Below are positions 1 to 10,072 of a stretch of DNA of 64,000 nucleotides, piece by piece (position 1 is the stretch's first letter; every line of letters starts with the position of its first letter). Location: the NCBI GenBank assembly GCA_045106415.1, contig JBGCEP010000018.1, positions 34,047-98,046 of the forward strand, given 5' to 3'. The position numbers and the translations under genes were made by a program. The notes beneath the pieces were generated by a model. That model saw only the letters and a list, made by a program, of their open reading frames with translations. It did not search any database and was not told the DNA's origin. Origin of the DNA: Oligoflexales bacterium (GTDB lineage Bacteria; Bdellovibrionota_B; Oligoflexia; Oligoflexales; Bog-1112).

Positions 1-59
1 GCCATGACAAAAGAGCAGCAACCCCAGACAAGAACGCAGATTCCAAATCTTTGCAACAT
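1..59 (-). CDS. 5' end of an unidentified gene running off the left edge (hydrophobic, Cys-rich N-terminus; possible signal or lipoprotein peptide)
   Basis: Reverse strand reads GGAGGTGAT-ATG (SD around 62-68, ATG at 59-57), then MLQRFGICVLVWGCCSFVM..., open to the window edge. It is truncated, so it is absent from the ORF track. Confidence 0.3.
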   Translation of the reverse strand, partial: MLQRFGICVLVWGCCSFVM

Positions 60-341
60 ATCACCTCCAATGTCTTTCAGTATAACCGGCAATGTGTTTT
101 TCCTAAATCAACTCTCACACATTTCTATACCTTCTTTTTATGAGAGACATTCAAAAAGAAATTCTCTTGACTTCAGACACAAGATATCACAGTCTTCGAT
201 ACGTTTAATGGCTTGCCATACCGCAGCCATAAGCACGAGCACAGCCGCCTCTAAGCACAAGCGACGAAACGGCATCGACCTTCAGAGAAATGTTCAGTAA
301 TATAGTTTCACCCCTAAATGGGTGAAAAACAGGAGAATCCT

Positions 342-665
342 ATGAGCCAAACAATTAGCATCAATGACAAAGATTTTGATCAATCTGTTCTTAAATCTGA
401 AAAACCCGTTCTCGTGGACTTTTGGGCACCGTGGTGTGGACCTTGTGTTGCTCTAGCGCCAACACTCGAAGAAGCTGCGAAAGAGTATGGAGACAATCTC
501 ACAATTGCAAAACTCAACGTTGAAGAAAACACAGACACTCCTGTTTCTTACGGAGTCCGTTCAATTCCGTACCTTGTTCTCTTTAAAAATGGTGAGGTTG
601 TGACAACTCATTCTGGCAACCTAACAAAAGCACAACTTAAAGAGCTTATCGACAATGCTTTGTAA
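342..665 (+). CDS. trxA: thioredoxin
   Basis: WCGPC active site (DFWAPWCGPCVALAP) in a 107-aa product. AGGAG SD lies 5 nt upstream of ATG 342; the ORF-track start at 318 is an in-frame upstream extension. Confidence 0.95.
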   Translation: MSQTISINDKDFDQSVLKSEKPVLVDFWAPWCGPCVALAPTLEEAAKEYGDNLTIAKLNVEENTDTPVSYGVRSIPYLVLFKNGEVVTTHSGNLTKAQLKELIDNAL

Positions 666-709
666 AAATATAAAGACTTGCAAGCCTTGAGTGCTCACGC
701 AACATCAAC

Positions 710-733
710 GCACACCACACCCAAGTGGTGTGC
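710..733 (+). other. perfect 9-bp stem-loop downstream of trxA (no U-tract)
   Basis: gcacaccac (710-718) / gtggtgtgc (725-733) with a 6-nt loop. It is followed by tcctccc rather than a T-run, so it is at best a weak terminator or stabilising hairpin. Confidence 0.3.
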
Positions 734-763
734 TCCTCCCTACTCCATTAGACTGAGGCCTGC

Positions 764-1393
764 ATGACAGAACCACGTGGGAAGCTTGAATACGAGCTTC
801 TCAATAACCACACATATCTATGCGGAACAGATGAAGTTGGAAGAGGCTGCTTAGCTGGGCCAACCCATGGAGCTGCTGTCATTCTCGACTATCAAAAACT
901 AGCTAGCCTTGATGAATCAGAAAAAAAACTCATCCGAGACTCAAAAAAGCTATCTTCAAAACAGCGCCAAAAAATAATACCGGTCATCAAGGATATTGCA
1001 ATTGCATGGGCTATAGGCTCTGCATCTGCTCGGGAAATCGAAACCCTTGGTCTCAATCCTGCTATTTTCACAGCAATCCATCGCTCCATCTCTGCACTGA
1101 GTCACTCATTTGATTGCTTGCTTATGGACGGAAAACAAAAAGTTCCTGGAATAGAGCAGAAACAAATCACCGTTATCGGTGGAGACCACAGCTGCTACAG
1201 TATTGCCGCTGCATCCATCCTCGCAAAAGAAGCTCGTGACACATATATGCAAGAAGCGGCTGTCCTCTACCCAGAATATGGCTTTGAAGCTCACGTAGGG
1301 TATGGCACAAAAAAACACACAGACGCCATGGAAAAACATGGAATCTGTGTGTTGCATCGCAGAAACTTTCGCCCTGTTCAGCGTTACCTCTAA
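764..1393 (+). CDS. rnhB: ribonuclease HII
   Basis: GTDEVGRGCLAGP metal-binding motif, DSKKLS, and about 209 aa, typical of RNase HII. Confidence 0.93.
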   Translation: MTEPRGKLEYELLNNHTYLCGTDEVGRGCLAGPTHGAAVILDYQKLASLDESEKKLIRDSKKLSSKQRQKIIPVIKDIAIAWAIGSASAREIETLGLNPAIFTAIHRSISALSHSFDCLLMDGKQKVPGIEQKQITVIGGDHSCYSIAAASILAKEARDTYMQEAAVLYPEYGFEAHVGYGTKKHTDAMEKHGICVLHRRNFRPVQRYL

Positions 1394-1402
1394 GAGGTAA
1401 CG
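1382..1402. terminator. short hairpin spanning the rnhB stop codon, between convergent rnhB and rplS
   Basis: cgttacctc (1382-1390) / gaggtaacg (1394-1402), with the TAA stop as a 3-nt loop. There is no clear U-tract on either strand. Confidence 0.3.
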
Positions 1403-1433
1403 TCTTCACAAATCAATCATTTCAACCTAAAAC

Positions 1434-1853
1434 TTAAGATTCAACCGCTTGAGTTGTCATCTGAGTTCCAGCAGGAAGACGACGAGTTTTAATACGCGCA
1501 GACTTTCCTGAGCGTTCACGTAAGAAGAACAAACGAGAACGGCGAACTGAACCACCAGCAATCAAATCGATGCGTTCAATGTGTGGTGAACAAAGTGGAA
1601 TGACACGCTCAACACCAACACCATTAGCACCAACACGGCGAACAGTAAAAGTACTATCAATAGTACCTTTTCTGAATCGAATACAAACCCCTTCAAAGGC
1701 TTGAATACGGAATTTTTTCTCACCGTCTTTGGTTTTTGTTCCTTCTTCAACCTTGTAGTGAACACGAACCGTGTCACCTGGGCGGAAATCAGGGTGTTGC
1801 TTTGTCTTCGCGAAGACTTGCTCTTCAAAATCTGTAATCAGTTTATTTTTCAT
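1434..1853 (-). CDS. rplS: 50S ribosomal protein L19
   Basis: bL19 motif series: [47 protein letters not shown] 1853 is preceded by GAGGAG. The product has a basic C-terminal extension. Confidence 0.95.
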   Translation of the reverse strand: MKNKLITDFEEQVFAKTKQHPDFRPGDTVRVHYKVEEGTKTKDGEKKFRIQAFEGVCIRFRKGTIDSTFTVRRVGANGVGVERVIPLCSPHIERIDLIAGGSVRRSRLFFLRERSGKSARIKTRRLPAGTQMTTQAVES

Positions 1854-2183
1854 ACTCTCCTCAGCACCTGGCACACGTCAGGACAACACTGATTACCTCA
1901 CATTAGTAACATTCGTCAACCAAATTCCGTTGGAAACAGTTGAGAACGCCAAATATAAGGCTTTCAAAAATCTATATTGACTCGCTCAAAAAGTGAGACT
2001 TTAACTTTTTTGGTCAAAAGCTCATTAAATCTGAACTAACTCTTCCACCTAAAAGTCTGATGACTTATATTGCAAAGGAATCCGCTGTGTCAACCAAACT
2101 TCGCGACTCTTTGATCCTGACCGTATCAAATCAGGTCGAAGCAGTCACTTACGAGAACCTTCTCTGTCACAGCACACATCATC

Positions 2184-3365
2184 ATGAGGCATGCAGTCAT
2201 GAATATTGAAATCCACGATCTTATTCAACAGCGTAAACCGATATCACTAGCGCAAGCTCAAGAACTTTGGCACCGCGCAAGCGACCAAGAGCTACAAGCA
2301 CTCGCTACCATGGTCAAAAGCCGTTATCACAAAACCCAAGAAGCTACTTGGCTTATCATGGCCATCTTAAACTACACTAACATCTGTGTAGCAGGATGTG
2401 ATTACTGCTCTTTTTATAAATACCCTCATCAAAAAGGGGGCTACCTACTCAGTGAAGCCCAACTTGATGAAAAAATCGAAGAAGCTGTGCAGCTAGGTTG
2501 CCAGATGATCGGCTTCAACGGTGGTTTTCATCCAAAACTTCACATGAAAGATTACGCTGAACGTTTTGCTCATATTCATCAAAAATGGCCAGGACTCACC
2601 TTCTATGAAATGACCGTTGCTGAGTTTATTTTTTGCTGTAAAGTTTCAAAAATCAGCTGGGAAGAAGGAGCTCAAATCCTCCAAGAAGCAGGTACACAAT
2701 GGGTCACAGGTGGAGGAGCCGAAGTTCTATCTCCAGCCTTTAGAAAACGTCACAGTCCCGGCAAAGGCAGCGTTGATGAATACTTTGCGGCTCAACAAAC
2801 CCTGTTAAATCAAGGCCTCGGCACAACAGCTACTATGGTCATAGGCTTTGACGAAACCCTTGAAGAGCGCTTCGACCACTTAAGCCGCTTAAGATCATTC
2901 CAAGACACTCAAACCTTTAAAATTCCCAGCTTTTTATGCTGGACCTATAAGCCCTGGAACAACGAATTCGGGGGAAAAGAGATCAGCACCCAAGAATATC
3001 TCCGTTGGCTTGCAATTTGTCGAATTTATTTAGACAACATTCCTCATATCAGAACTTCTGTTCTCACAAGAAATGAACAAGCTCTCCACGGTCTTCACTA
3101 TGGCGCTGACGATTTTGACCTCCCAACAGAAGATGAGGTCACACGTAAAGCAGGAGCTGTTATCCGCCACGAATTCGAAGATATCTTAAAAGCCGCTCCT
3201 AAGGAGTTTCACTTATCTCGCCGAGGGCCTTGGAGTCGTCCTCAACTTCTTGGTCAGGAGGAATCCAACTATGCCGACAGACAACCAGACTTGGGTTCAA
3301 CTCTACCACCTTTGTCAAAGCTTCTGCATGTAACAGAGAGTAACAATCACCACCGAGATAAATGA
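2184..3365 (+). CDS. radical SAM enzyme of the CofH/MqnC/MqnE family (futalosine-route menaquinone biosynthesis likely)
   Basis: NYTNICVAGCDYCSFY CxxxCxxC cluster at the family-typical position, about 390 aa, plus GFNGG and TATMVIGFDET motifs. I cannot separate MqnC from MqnE by eye. An alternative start is ATG 2199. The last ~55 codons run antisense through the next gene. Confidence 0.85.
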   Translation: MRHAVMNIEIHDLIQQRKPISLAQAQELWHRASDQELQALATMVKSRYHKTQEATWLIMAILNYTNICVAGCDYCSFYKYPHQKGGYLLSEAQLDEKIEEAVQLGCQMIGFNGGFHPKLHMKDYAERFAHIHQKWPGLTFYEMTVAEFIFCCKVSKISWEEGAQILQEAGTQWVTGGGAEVLSPAFRKRHSPGKGSVDEYFAAQQTLLNQGLGTTATMVIGFDETLEERFDHLSRLRSFQDTQTFKIPSFLCWTYKPWNNEFGGKEISTQEYLRWLAICRIYLDNIPHIRTSVLTRNEQALHGLHYGADDFDLPTEDEVTRKAGAVIRHEFEDILKAAPKEFHLSRRGPWSRPQLLGQEESNYADRQPDLGSTLPPLSKLLHVTESNNHHRDK

Positions 3366-3726
3366 TTGCTGCATAGCCACGAGCCAATAGCTCTCGCTGT
3401 TGGTTTGTGACCTGAATATGCTTAATACTTTTATCAACCGCGAAATAATAAAAGATAGGACCGGGGCGGTCGAGAATATTCTGAGAGTGAGCAATATCAA
3501 CAGCGCGAGCAAGTTGTTCCCTTGCTTTCTTTTCTTCTTCTAGACGGCGGTTGAGCTCCTGTACGCGTAACTTCTCCACGTCTTTTTGAGCTTGAATCAC
3601 CTGCTGAATCTTCTGGGTATCGTCGTGTCCCTTTTTTTTATCTAGCCGTGCTTCAATTCGTGCTTTTTTCGCCTGTTTTTTAGTCACCACGCCTTTTTTC
3701 AGAAGTTGATCGCGTAAACTACTCAT
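3199..3726 (-). CDS. DUF2058 (YaiL-like) protein
   Basis: SLRDQLLKKGVVTKKQAKK N-terminus, Lys/Glu-rich central helix and acidic C-terminus, colinear with E. coli YaiL. GGGAG SD lies 6 nt before ATG 3726. Confidence 0.8.
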   Translation of the reverse strand: MSSLRDQLLKKGVVTKKQAKKARIEARLDKKKGHDDTQKIQQVIQAQKDVEKLRVQELNRRLEEEKKAREQLARAVDIAHSQNILDRPGPIFYYFAVDKSIKHIQVTNQQRELLARGYAAIIYLGGDCYSLLHAEALTKVVELNPSLVVCRHSWIPPDQEVEDDSKALGEISETP

Positions 3727-3870
3727 GAACACCTCCCGTTAAACACGTCACATATGCGGCTCTCTCCCGCTTGTCGTCAATTTTGACCACAAAACAAACG
3801 CAGATGATCGACCAACTGCATGAAGAAGTCAATCGCAGTCTCACTCTAACCATAAAAACAAAAACAAATG

Positions 3871-4167
3871 TCAAGAAGCTTGCTGATTCACGCCATCATC
3901 TATCACATCCAAGACTTCAACCAGATGATACCCAAACCCTGTATGAATAGGCCCTAAAAAATCACCTGCTTCAAGGGATGAATCTTTTAAAAAACCAGAA
4001 GATTCAGGATCAAACCATTCGAGGCAGCCTCCACGAGCACCACTCGGGCATGTTGAATACTGTTGAGCTAAATCTTCAAAATAACGACCCGCATCTAATT
4101 CAAGGCGAATACTCTGAAGTAAAATCAGGCTATCCACTTGAATATGCCGCACTCGAACTTGCTGCAT
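3871..4167 (-). CDS. parvulin-type peptidyl-prolyl cis-trans isomerase (PpiC-like)
   Basis: 98 aa with RVRHIQV, LAQQYSTCPSGARGGCLEWF and GPIHTGFGYHLVEV, typical of a single-domain parvulin. Confidence 0.85.
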   Translation of the reverse strand: MQQVRVRHIQVDSLILLQSIRLELDAGRYFEDLAQQYSTCPSGARGGCLEWFDPESSGFLKDSSLEAGDFLGPIHTGFGYHLVEVLDVIDDGVNQQAS

Positions 4168-4807
4168 ACAACACCTTTAAATTTTTTTGATCCAAGATGT
4201 AATCTATCTCATAGTCGATTCAAAGGTCCAGCTTAACCGCTGTTTCGAACTTACTTAAATCTGTCTACGCAGATTTAAAATCAAATTATTGCTTCAACAG
4301 AAACGAGTACTGCACAAAAAGGTGATCTTTGTGCATCAAGGCTAAAGACTCAAGCCACCCACTAAAACGGTCCTAATATTTTTGAAGGCCTTTTTTCTTA
4401 TCATTAAGGCTGCTTCCTAGGTCAGAAACAACTTCATAAAATGAAAATTCGTTTGTATTTAAACCTGCTTCTCATTGCCTCGCTTACCGAGCAAAGCTCT
4501 GCTTTTGCTCTGATGAGACGACGCACGCCGACTTGAGACAGGTTTTTAAAGATCGCTGTTTTCTGCCAACAGGTTTCAAAATTTCTAGATCATCATACCT
4601 ACGATGGCATTTGGTGTTTTGCAGGAGAATGCGAAAGTTCTTCTTTCTCCCACCCACGAAGACTTGAGACAACCCCACCTAAAAAGATGCTGTCGCCGGT
4701 AAGTATAAAAAATACATCATTCCCAACCGCCAAAAATCTTTTTTGATTTTAGATATTTACCAAACCTCATTCGCAGGAGTCATCATTGAGTTTTTAATGT
4801 CACACTG

Positions 4808-5542
4808 TCAGCCTTCAATGATTTCACCGTTTGTCAAAATCTCATCTACCCCAGCAGCGAGAGCCAATTGAGTCTCGGCATCGCCCTCAGGTAAAAAAGC
4901 GAGCACTTTTCCCCCGTAAGAATGAATGCGATCGACAAATCCTTTATCTAAAATAAGCCAATGCTGCATATAAACAGGAGCCGAGTAAAAACAGCCTTCT
5001 TGCAAACCACCTAAAAAAAGGCTCCGCGTTTTCGAACGAAACGCTGCACTCCAGCACTGAATTTTCCGTCCATAACACTGTGCGCTTGGAAATGTGTTCT
5101 GAAAAATTTGTTGCTGTTGTTTATCCCAAAAAAGAAAACGGGCCTGTGTTTGCAACCACTGCGTTGCATGATGAAGCTGAGCCCATTTTGTGAGAGCTGC
5201 CAGAGTTGTCATCCCGTGTTCTGGCTTAATATCCAAAGTCCATGACAATCCTGCATAACACTCTATAAATTCATCAAAAAACATAGGAACACACCCAGAG
5301 CCACTATCTCCTAAAGAGATTTTTTGAATCTCTGCACGCGTCATTTCCCATACTGCCGTCAAAGGTCCTCCCAGGCGCTCAAAACTTATGTCATGACACA
5401 GCACAAGGTGTCCATCGCTTGTCGTACGTAAATCTGTCTCTAAAAACTTAAAACCGTTTTCAACGGCACGATCAAACGCAACCCGAGTATTTTCAACATT
5501 GCCCAAACCTCGATGCGATATCCATGTTACTTTGTTTTCCAT
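4808..5542 (-). CDS. glycerophosphodiester phosphodiesterase family protein
   Basis: ISHRGLGNVENT..AF and ETDLRTTSDGHLVLCHD motifs of the GDPD fold. Confidence 0.85.
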   Translation of the reverse strand: MENKVTWISHRGLGNVENTRVAFDRAVENGFKFLETDLRTTSDGHLVLCHDISFERLGGPLTAVWEMTRAEIQKISLGDSGSGCVPMFFDEFIECYAGLSWTLDIKPEHGMTTLAALTKWAQLHHATQWLQTQARFLFWDKQQQQIFQNTFPSAQCYGRKIQCWSAAFRSKTRSLFLGGLQEGCFYSAPVYMQHWLILDKGFVDRIHSYGGKVLAFLPEGDAETQLALAAGVDEILTNGEIIEG

Positions 5543-5741
5543 AAGTCCTTTATGCTCCTTCTGGCCACGATCCAGATTGCCTGGGCTTGGTGTAGCATCA
5601 TATGATTCATACTTCGAGTAAAGATTCTGCTTACAGCCTATTCTATGAAAATGTCTGCCTTCTCATTTGAACTCCGGGCATCGACAGGTTTACAGTTATA
5701 ATAACGCAATCTCAACCGAGATGATGAGAGGAGACTTCGTG

Positions 5742-7859
5742 ATGGAGCAACAATGGCTCAAACAAGCCACCAAAGACCTTAAAGGGAAAACACCGGAACC
5801 AGCTCTTTCCCCTGAAGGAATCCCAATCCAGCCTCTTTACACCTCTCAAGATCTCCAAAATCGAGAATATAAAGAGTCTTATCCAGGACTCAGTCCATTT
5901 ACTAGGGGACCACGAGCCACAATGTATACAGGTCGCCCTTGGACAATTCGGCAATACGCAGGATTTTCAACCCCTGAGGAATCTAATCAATTTTACCGGA
6001 AATGCCTTGCGGCAGGCCAAAAAGGCCTGAGTGTCGCTTTTGATCTACCGACTCACAGAGGTTATGATTCCGATCATCCTCGCGTCTTTGGTGATGTCGG
6101 AAAAGCTGGAGTAGCGATCGACACAGTCGAGGATATGAAAATTTTATTCCAAGGCATTCCTCTCGACAAAATGAGTGTTTCCATGACCATGAATGGTGCC
6201 GTCATCCCTATTCTCGCTTCCTACATCGTAGTTGCACAAGAGCAAGGTGTGTCCATGAACCAGCTTAGCGGCACAATTCAAAACGACATTTTAAAAGAAT
6301 ATATGGTGCGTAATACTTATATTTTTCCTCCAACACCATCAATGGATGCTATTGGAGATATTATTGGTTTTACTGCAAAAAACATGCCTAAATACAACAG
6401 TATTAGTATCAGTGGTTATCATCTCCAAGAAGCCGGTGCTGACTCTGCTTTAGAGCTTGCATACACAATTGCAGATGGCCTTGAATATGTTAGAAAGGCT
6501 CTGGAATCTGGCCTAGACATTGATGAGTTCGCGCCACGACTTTCTTTCTTTTTTGCAATTGGCATGAACTTTTATATGGAAATAGCAAAACTCAGAGCAG
6601 CAAGAACTCTATGGTTCGAGGTGATGCAAGAGTTTTCACCAAAAGACCCTAAATCTTCGATGCTAAGAACTCACTGCCAAACCTCAGGCTATAGCCTCAC
6701 AGAACAAGACCCGTATAACAACGTTATACGGACAACAGTCGAAGCTATGGCTGCCTCTCTCGGTGGAACTCAATCTCTTCACACTAACGCTCTTGATGAA
6801 GCAATTGCTCTACCCAGTGATTTTTCAGCAAGAATTGCACGTAATACCCAATTAATTTTGCAAGAGGAAACCGACATCACACAAACAGTGGATCCTTTTG
6901 GCGGAAGTTACTTTATGGAGAGCTTAACTCACGACATCGTTGAAAAAGCAAAAGAGTACCTCACAGAAATTGAAACACATGGAGGTATGACACAAGCTAT
7001 CGCAGCTGGAATACCTCGACTACGCATTGAAGAAGCAGCTGCTAAAAAACAAGCACGCATCGACACTGGTCGCGAAACAATTGTGGGCGTCAATAAATAC
7101 TCAGCCCCAAATGATAACAACCCTGAAATACGAGAAATTGACAACGCCAGTGTCCTCGAATCTCAAATTGAAAAGCTTAAAAAAATCAAAAAAAATAGAG
7201 ATAAGAAAAAAGTCCAACAGTGCCTCACAAACATGACTCAGGCTTGTCAAAACAAAACAGACATTCTCGCCACCGCGATTGAGTGCATGAGTGTGCGCTG
7301 CACAGTCGGCGAAGTGACAGAGGCAATGTCTCATGTATGGGGGCGCTATCAAGCACCTGTAAAATTAGCTTCAGCTGTTTATGGAGCTGAAGTTCAAAAA
7401 GGAAGTGGCCACGATATGTTCGATAAGACACGACTTCACGTAAAAGAATTCGCAGAGAAATATGGGCGACAACCGCGAATTCTTGTCGCGAAACTTGGCC
7501 AAGACGGTCATGACAGAGGTGCTCGTGTCGTTGCTTCAGGACTCGCAGACCTAGGCTTTGACGTTGACATGAGCCCCCTCTTTCAAACCCCCGAAGAAGC
7601 TGTGCGACAGGCAATAGATAATGATGCGCATGTTCTCGCGATTTCCTCACTTGCCGGAGCTCATAAAACATTAGTTCCTGCAACGATTGATCTTTTAAAA
7701 AAATCAGATGCCTCAGATATTGCTATTGTTGTCGGAGGAGTCATTCCTCAACAAGATTACGAAGAACTTAGGCAAGCAGGTGTTGCTGCTATTTTTGGCC
7801 CTGGTACCCCAATTCCGGAGTGTGCTCTTGAAATTCTCAAAGTCATCGATGTTCATTGA
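5742..7859 (+). CDS. methylmalonyl-CoA mutase (single-chain, catalytic plus B12-binding domains)
   Basis: [38 protein letters not shown], and a C-terminal DxHxxG cobalamin motif ([13 protein letters not shown]). GAGAGGAG SD precedes ATG 5742. Confidence 0.95.
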   Translation: MEQQWLKQATKDLKGKTPEPALSPEGIPIQPLYTSQDLQNREYKESYPGLSPFTRGPRATMYTGRPWTIRQYAGFSTPEESNQFYRKCLAAGQKGLSVAFDLPTHRGYDSDHPRVFGDVGKAGVAIDTVEDMKILFQGIPLDKMSVSMTMNGAVIPILASYIVVAQEQGVSMNQLSGTIQNDILKEYMVRNTYIFPPTPSMDAIGDIIGFTAKNMPKYNSISISGYHLQEAGADSALELAYTIADGLEYVRKALESGLDIDEFAPRLSFFFAIGMNFYMEIAKLRAARTLWFEVMQEFSPKDPKSSMLRTHCQTSGYSLTEQDPYNNVIRTTVEAMAASLGGTQSLHTNALDEAIALPSDFSARIARNTQLILQEETDITQTVDPFGGSYFMESLTHDIVEKAKEYLTEIETHGGMTQAIAAGIPRLRIEEAAAKKQARIDTGRETIVGVNKYSAPNDNNPEIREIDNASVLESQIEKLKKIKKNRDKKKVQQCLTNMTQACQNKTDILATAIECMSVRCTVGEVTEAMSHVWGRYQAPVKLASAVYGAEVQKGSGHDMFDKTRLHVKEFAEKYGRQPRILVAKLGQDGHDRGARVVASGLADLGFDVDMSPLFQTPEEAVRQAIDNDAHVLAISSLAGAHKTLVPATIDLLKKSDASDIAIVVGGVIPQQDYEELRQAGVAAIFGPGTPIPECALEILKVIDVH

Positions 7860-8796
7860 TATCAACTCTCTTGCTCAGGGCATCCATAGAAAAGACAGAC
7901 GATCCATTGCAAGAGCTATCACATTAGCTGAAAGCACAAAATACGAGGACCAAGTTTTGTGCGCTCAGCTATTACAAAAATTAAACAAACAAGAAGCAAG
8001 GCGCATTGGAGTCACAGGGAGCCCTGGAGCAGGTAAAAGCAGCTTCATCAATACGCTGGGCCTTCATCTTCTTCACAAAACCTCACTTGGAATCCTTGTT
8101 ATTGATCCTTCTTCTCCTCTTTATGGCGGAAGCATTTTAGGAGATAAAACCAGAATGGGAGAGCTCGAGCAACACAACAATGTCTTCATTCGCCCCTCAC
8201 CCAATAAACAAGGGTCTATCAGTTCAGGTCTAAGGGCTTCTATCCGTATTTTAGAAGCAGCAGGCTTTGAAACCATCATCATAGAAACTGTGGGTGCTGG
8301 ACAAAGTGAGTATGAGATAGCAACACTCATCGACCTTTTGCTCCTTATTCAAATTCCAAACTCTGGAGATGAGCTCCAGGGCATGAAAAAAGGTCTCTTA
8401 GAAATAGCCGATATTATTATTATTAACAAAGCAGATGGAAGCTTAGAACACGCAGCAAAAACCAGTCTTCTAGAGCACAGAAGCTCTCTTTCAATTCACA
8501 AGGACCCTCCACCTTTATTTCTTGCAAGCTCACAAAATCAGACTGGATTCTCAGAGATTATTCAATGTATTGACTCAGAAATAACAAGAAAAAAAAAGAA
8601 TGGCCAATTCACAAAAAAAAGACAAGAACAAAACTTACAATGCTTTGAAAGAGAATCTCTTCAACTTTTAAAATCTTCTCTTCAAAAAAGTGAACACTCA
8701 AGCATCTATGAATGCAAAGAAAAAATCACTCAGCATCAAGAAGACCCAAGTTATCTAGCACATCAGTGGGTGAAAAATATTTTAAAGAACCATTAG
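7849..8796 (+). CDS. meaB: methylmalonyl-CoA mutase-associated GTPase MeaB/ArgK
   Basis: P-loop [22 protein letters not shown] and NKADG. ATG 7849 overlaps the mutase stop by 11 nt, giving the classic mutase-MeaB pairing. Confidence 0.92.
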   Translation: MFIDINSLAQGIHRKDRRSIARAITLAESTKYEDQVLCAQLLQKLNKQEARRIGVTGSPGAGKSSFINTLGLHLLHKTSLGILVIDPSSPLYGGSILGDKTRMGELEQHNNVFIRPSPNKQGSISSGLRASIRILEAAGFETIIIETVGAGQSEYEIATLIDLLLLIQIPNSGDELQGMKKGLLEIADIIIINKADGSLEHAAKTSLLEHRSSLSIHKDPPPLFLASSQNQTGFSEIIQCIDSEITRKKKNGQFTKKRQEQNLQCFERESLQLLKSSLQKSEHSSIYECKEKITQHQEDPSYLAHQWVKNILKNH

Positions 8797-8800
8797 AGCC

Positions 8801-10072
8801 CTAGAAACCATGCTTGATTTTAGGCCAATAATCATTCATCTGAAAATCAGGTGAATGTTGACCCTTGTGGCAAGACACACAAGTATGATTCGGCGCTGCC
8901 ATTTTTTTTCTATTCAAAACATGATCTTTTCCTGGACCATGACAATTCTCACACTGCACACCTTTTAAATGATTTGTTTTCTTCTCCGACACATAACCAC
9001 CATCATTCCACCCAGTCACATGACAAGAGACACAGTCATCCTCATGGTGTCTATCAATACGTTGAAGAGTTTCAAACGCTGTCGCATGTGCAGATTTTTT
9101 CCACACTTTAAATGCATTTTGATGACACGATGCACATGCATCACTCCCTAGATAAAGAGTTTTTTCAAACTCTTTCATTCTTTTTTTTTCTTTCATCACA
9201 AAATCTTGAGAAGATGATTTTTGATAATCGTCAAGAATTTTTTTTATATCAGACTCAATAGCAAAACTCTTATCAAGCCAAGATATAAAAATGTTTTTCT
9301 CCCAAGAAAACTTCGGTTTTTCATCAAACAAAAGAACTTTTTCTTTATTTTCTTTTAGCATCAAAGGGTTTGTAAAATCTTGTTTATCGCTCCTTAAAAC
9401 CCCTTGTACAGCAAGCGGAACCATATGCGCTCCTCCTTGCAATCTTTGAAGAAGAGATTCTTCCTTTTTCTCTCTTCCATCTGCCTCTTCCGAGAGAGAT
9501 GCAGTATGGCTTGTAATGACAGTATTAAAAATTTTAAAGTCTAATATTTTCTTTAAAACTTCGTCTGACCCATGATACAAAAGTACACGATTCTGAGCTC
9601 CTTGGACTTGTTTTTCAATCAACTCTTTAGAAATTTCATAAGCCCCCAAAAGTCCGATAAAGACAGTTCCATCTTTACGAAAAGCATTATAATTCTTGGT
9701 ATTTGAATGAAGAACAAACTGGCCCACTGGTTTTTGATTAAGGCGATCGAGAACAACATCAGGTTGTATAAACGCTAGAGACTTACGGATAAACATATCT
9801 TCAATACTTTTCTCTTCCGAAAAATTTCCACCTAGATTTAAAACCAAAATCTCTTTATCTTTTAATCTTTCTTGGCGAATCAATTCATAAAGCCGTCCTA
9901 CACCACCTAAATTCGATTGCGGATTACAACCGCATGGCTCAATTTTTCCTCTCATATCCCCAAATGCAAGCCACGCTGCCCCATAGCTCATATCTACAAA
10001 CATCAGAAAAAATAAACACATCAAAAAAAATTGTCTTTTATCATTTTTAACGCATGACATAACCATCACCAT
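8801..10072 (-). CDS. exported tetrahaem c-type cytochrome (cytochrome c554-like C-terminal module) with an N-terminal metallophosphoesterase-like domain
   Basis: Four CxxCH motifs (CASCH, CVSCH, CENCH, CVSCH), including CASCHQNAFKVWKKSAHATAF. N-terminus is a signal peptide followed by FGDMRGKIEPCGCNP. Start is ambiguous (ATG 10072/10066/10060 or TTG 10090); all candidates overlap the upstream gene. Confidence 0.8.
   Translation of the reverse strand: MVMVMSCVKNDKRQFFLMCLFFLMFVDMSYGAAWLAFGDMRGKIEPCGCNPQSNLGGVGRLYELIRQERLKDKEILVLNLGGNFSEEKSIEDMFIRKSLAFIQPDVVLDRLNQKPVGQFVLHSNTKNYNAFRKDGTVFIGLLGAYEISKELIEKQVQGAQNRVLLYHGSDEVLKKILDFKIFNTVITSHTASLSEEADGREKKEESLLQRLQGGAHMVPLAVQGVLRSDKQDFTNPLMLKENKEKVLLFDEKPKFSWEKNIFISWLDKSFAIESDIKKILDDYQKSSSQDFVMKEKKRMKEFEKTLYLGSDACASCHQNAFKVWKKSAHATAFETLQRIDRHHEDDCVSCHVTGWNDGGYVSEKKTNHLKGVQCENCHGPGKDHVLNRKKMAAPNHTCVSCHKGQHSPDFQMNDYWPKIKHGF

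Noticed and set aside
4-300. 98-aa plus-strand ORF at the left edge
   Set aside because: It has no SD, a low-complexity non-protein-like composition and no motif. Its 5' part is antisense to a minus-strand start that has a strong GGAGGTGAT-ATG signal. It is more likely the trxA upstream region.
2087-2209. 40-codon GTG-initiated ORF with an AAGGA SD overlapping the radical SAM gene start
   Set aside because: It is too short and unconserved-looking to support, and it may simply be leader sequence. It is noted only because it ends inside the downstream start region.
4405-4428. SRP (4.5S) RNA-like motif: the reverse strand reads GACCTAGGAAGCAGCC, resembling the conserved GGAAGCAGCC of SRP domain IV
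   Set aside because: I could not build the required long helix 8 or helix 5 pairing from the flanks, and the GNRA tetraloop context is missing. It is probably a chance 10-mer match. Only an Infernal scan could rescue it.
5543-5741. Possible cobalamin riboswitch or promoter upstream of methylmalonyl-CoA mutase
   Set aside because: No B12-box-like sequence or multi-stem architecture was visible. The TTGAAC and TATAAT hexamers present are 24 nt apart, which is a non-functional spacing.
7225-7683. 152-aa antisense ORF inside the mutase gene. Similar long antisense ORFs lie at 10531-10857, 10914-11273, 31672-32088, 44562-45002, 40511-40849 and 54567-54944, and a same-strand alternative-frame ORF lies at 47190-47621.
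   Set aside because: Each lies wholly within a gene that has strong motif support, either on the opposite strand or in another frame. They lack SD sequences and have atypical composition, so they are shadow ORFs.
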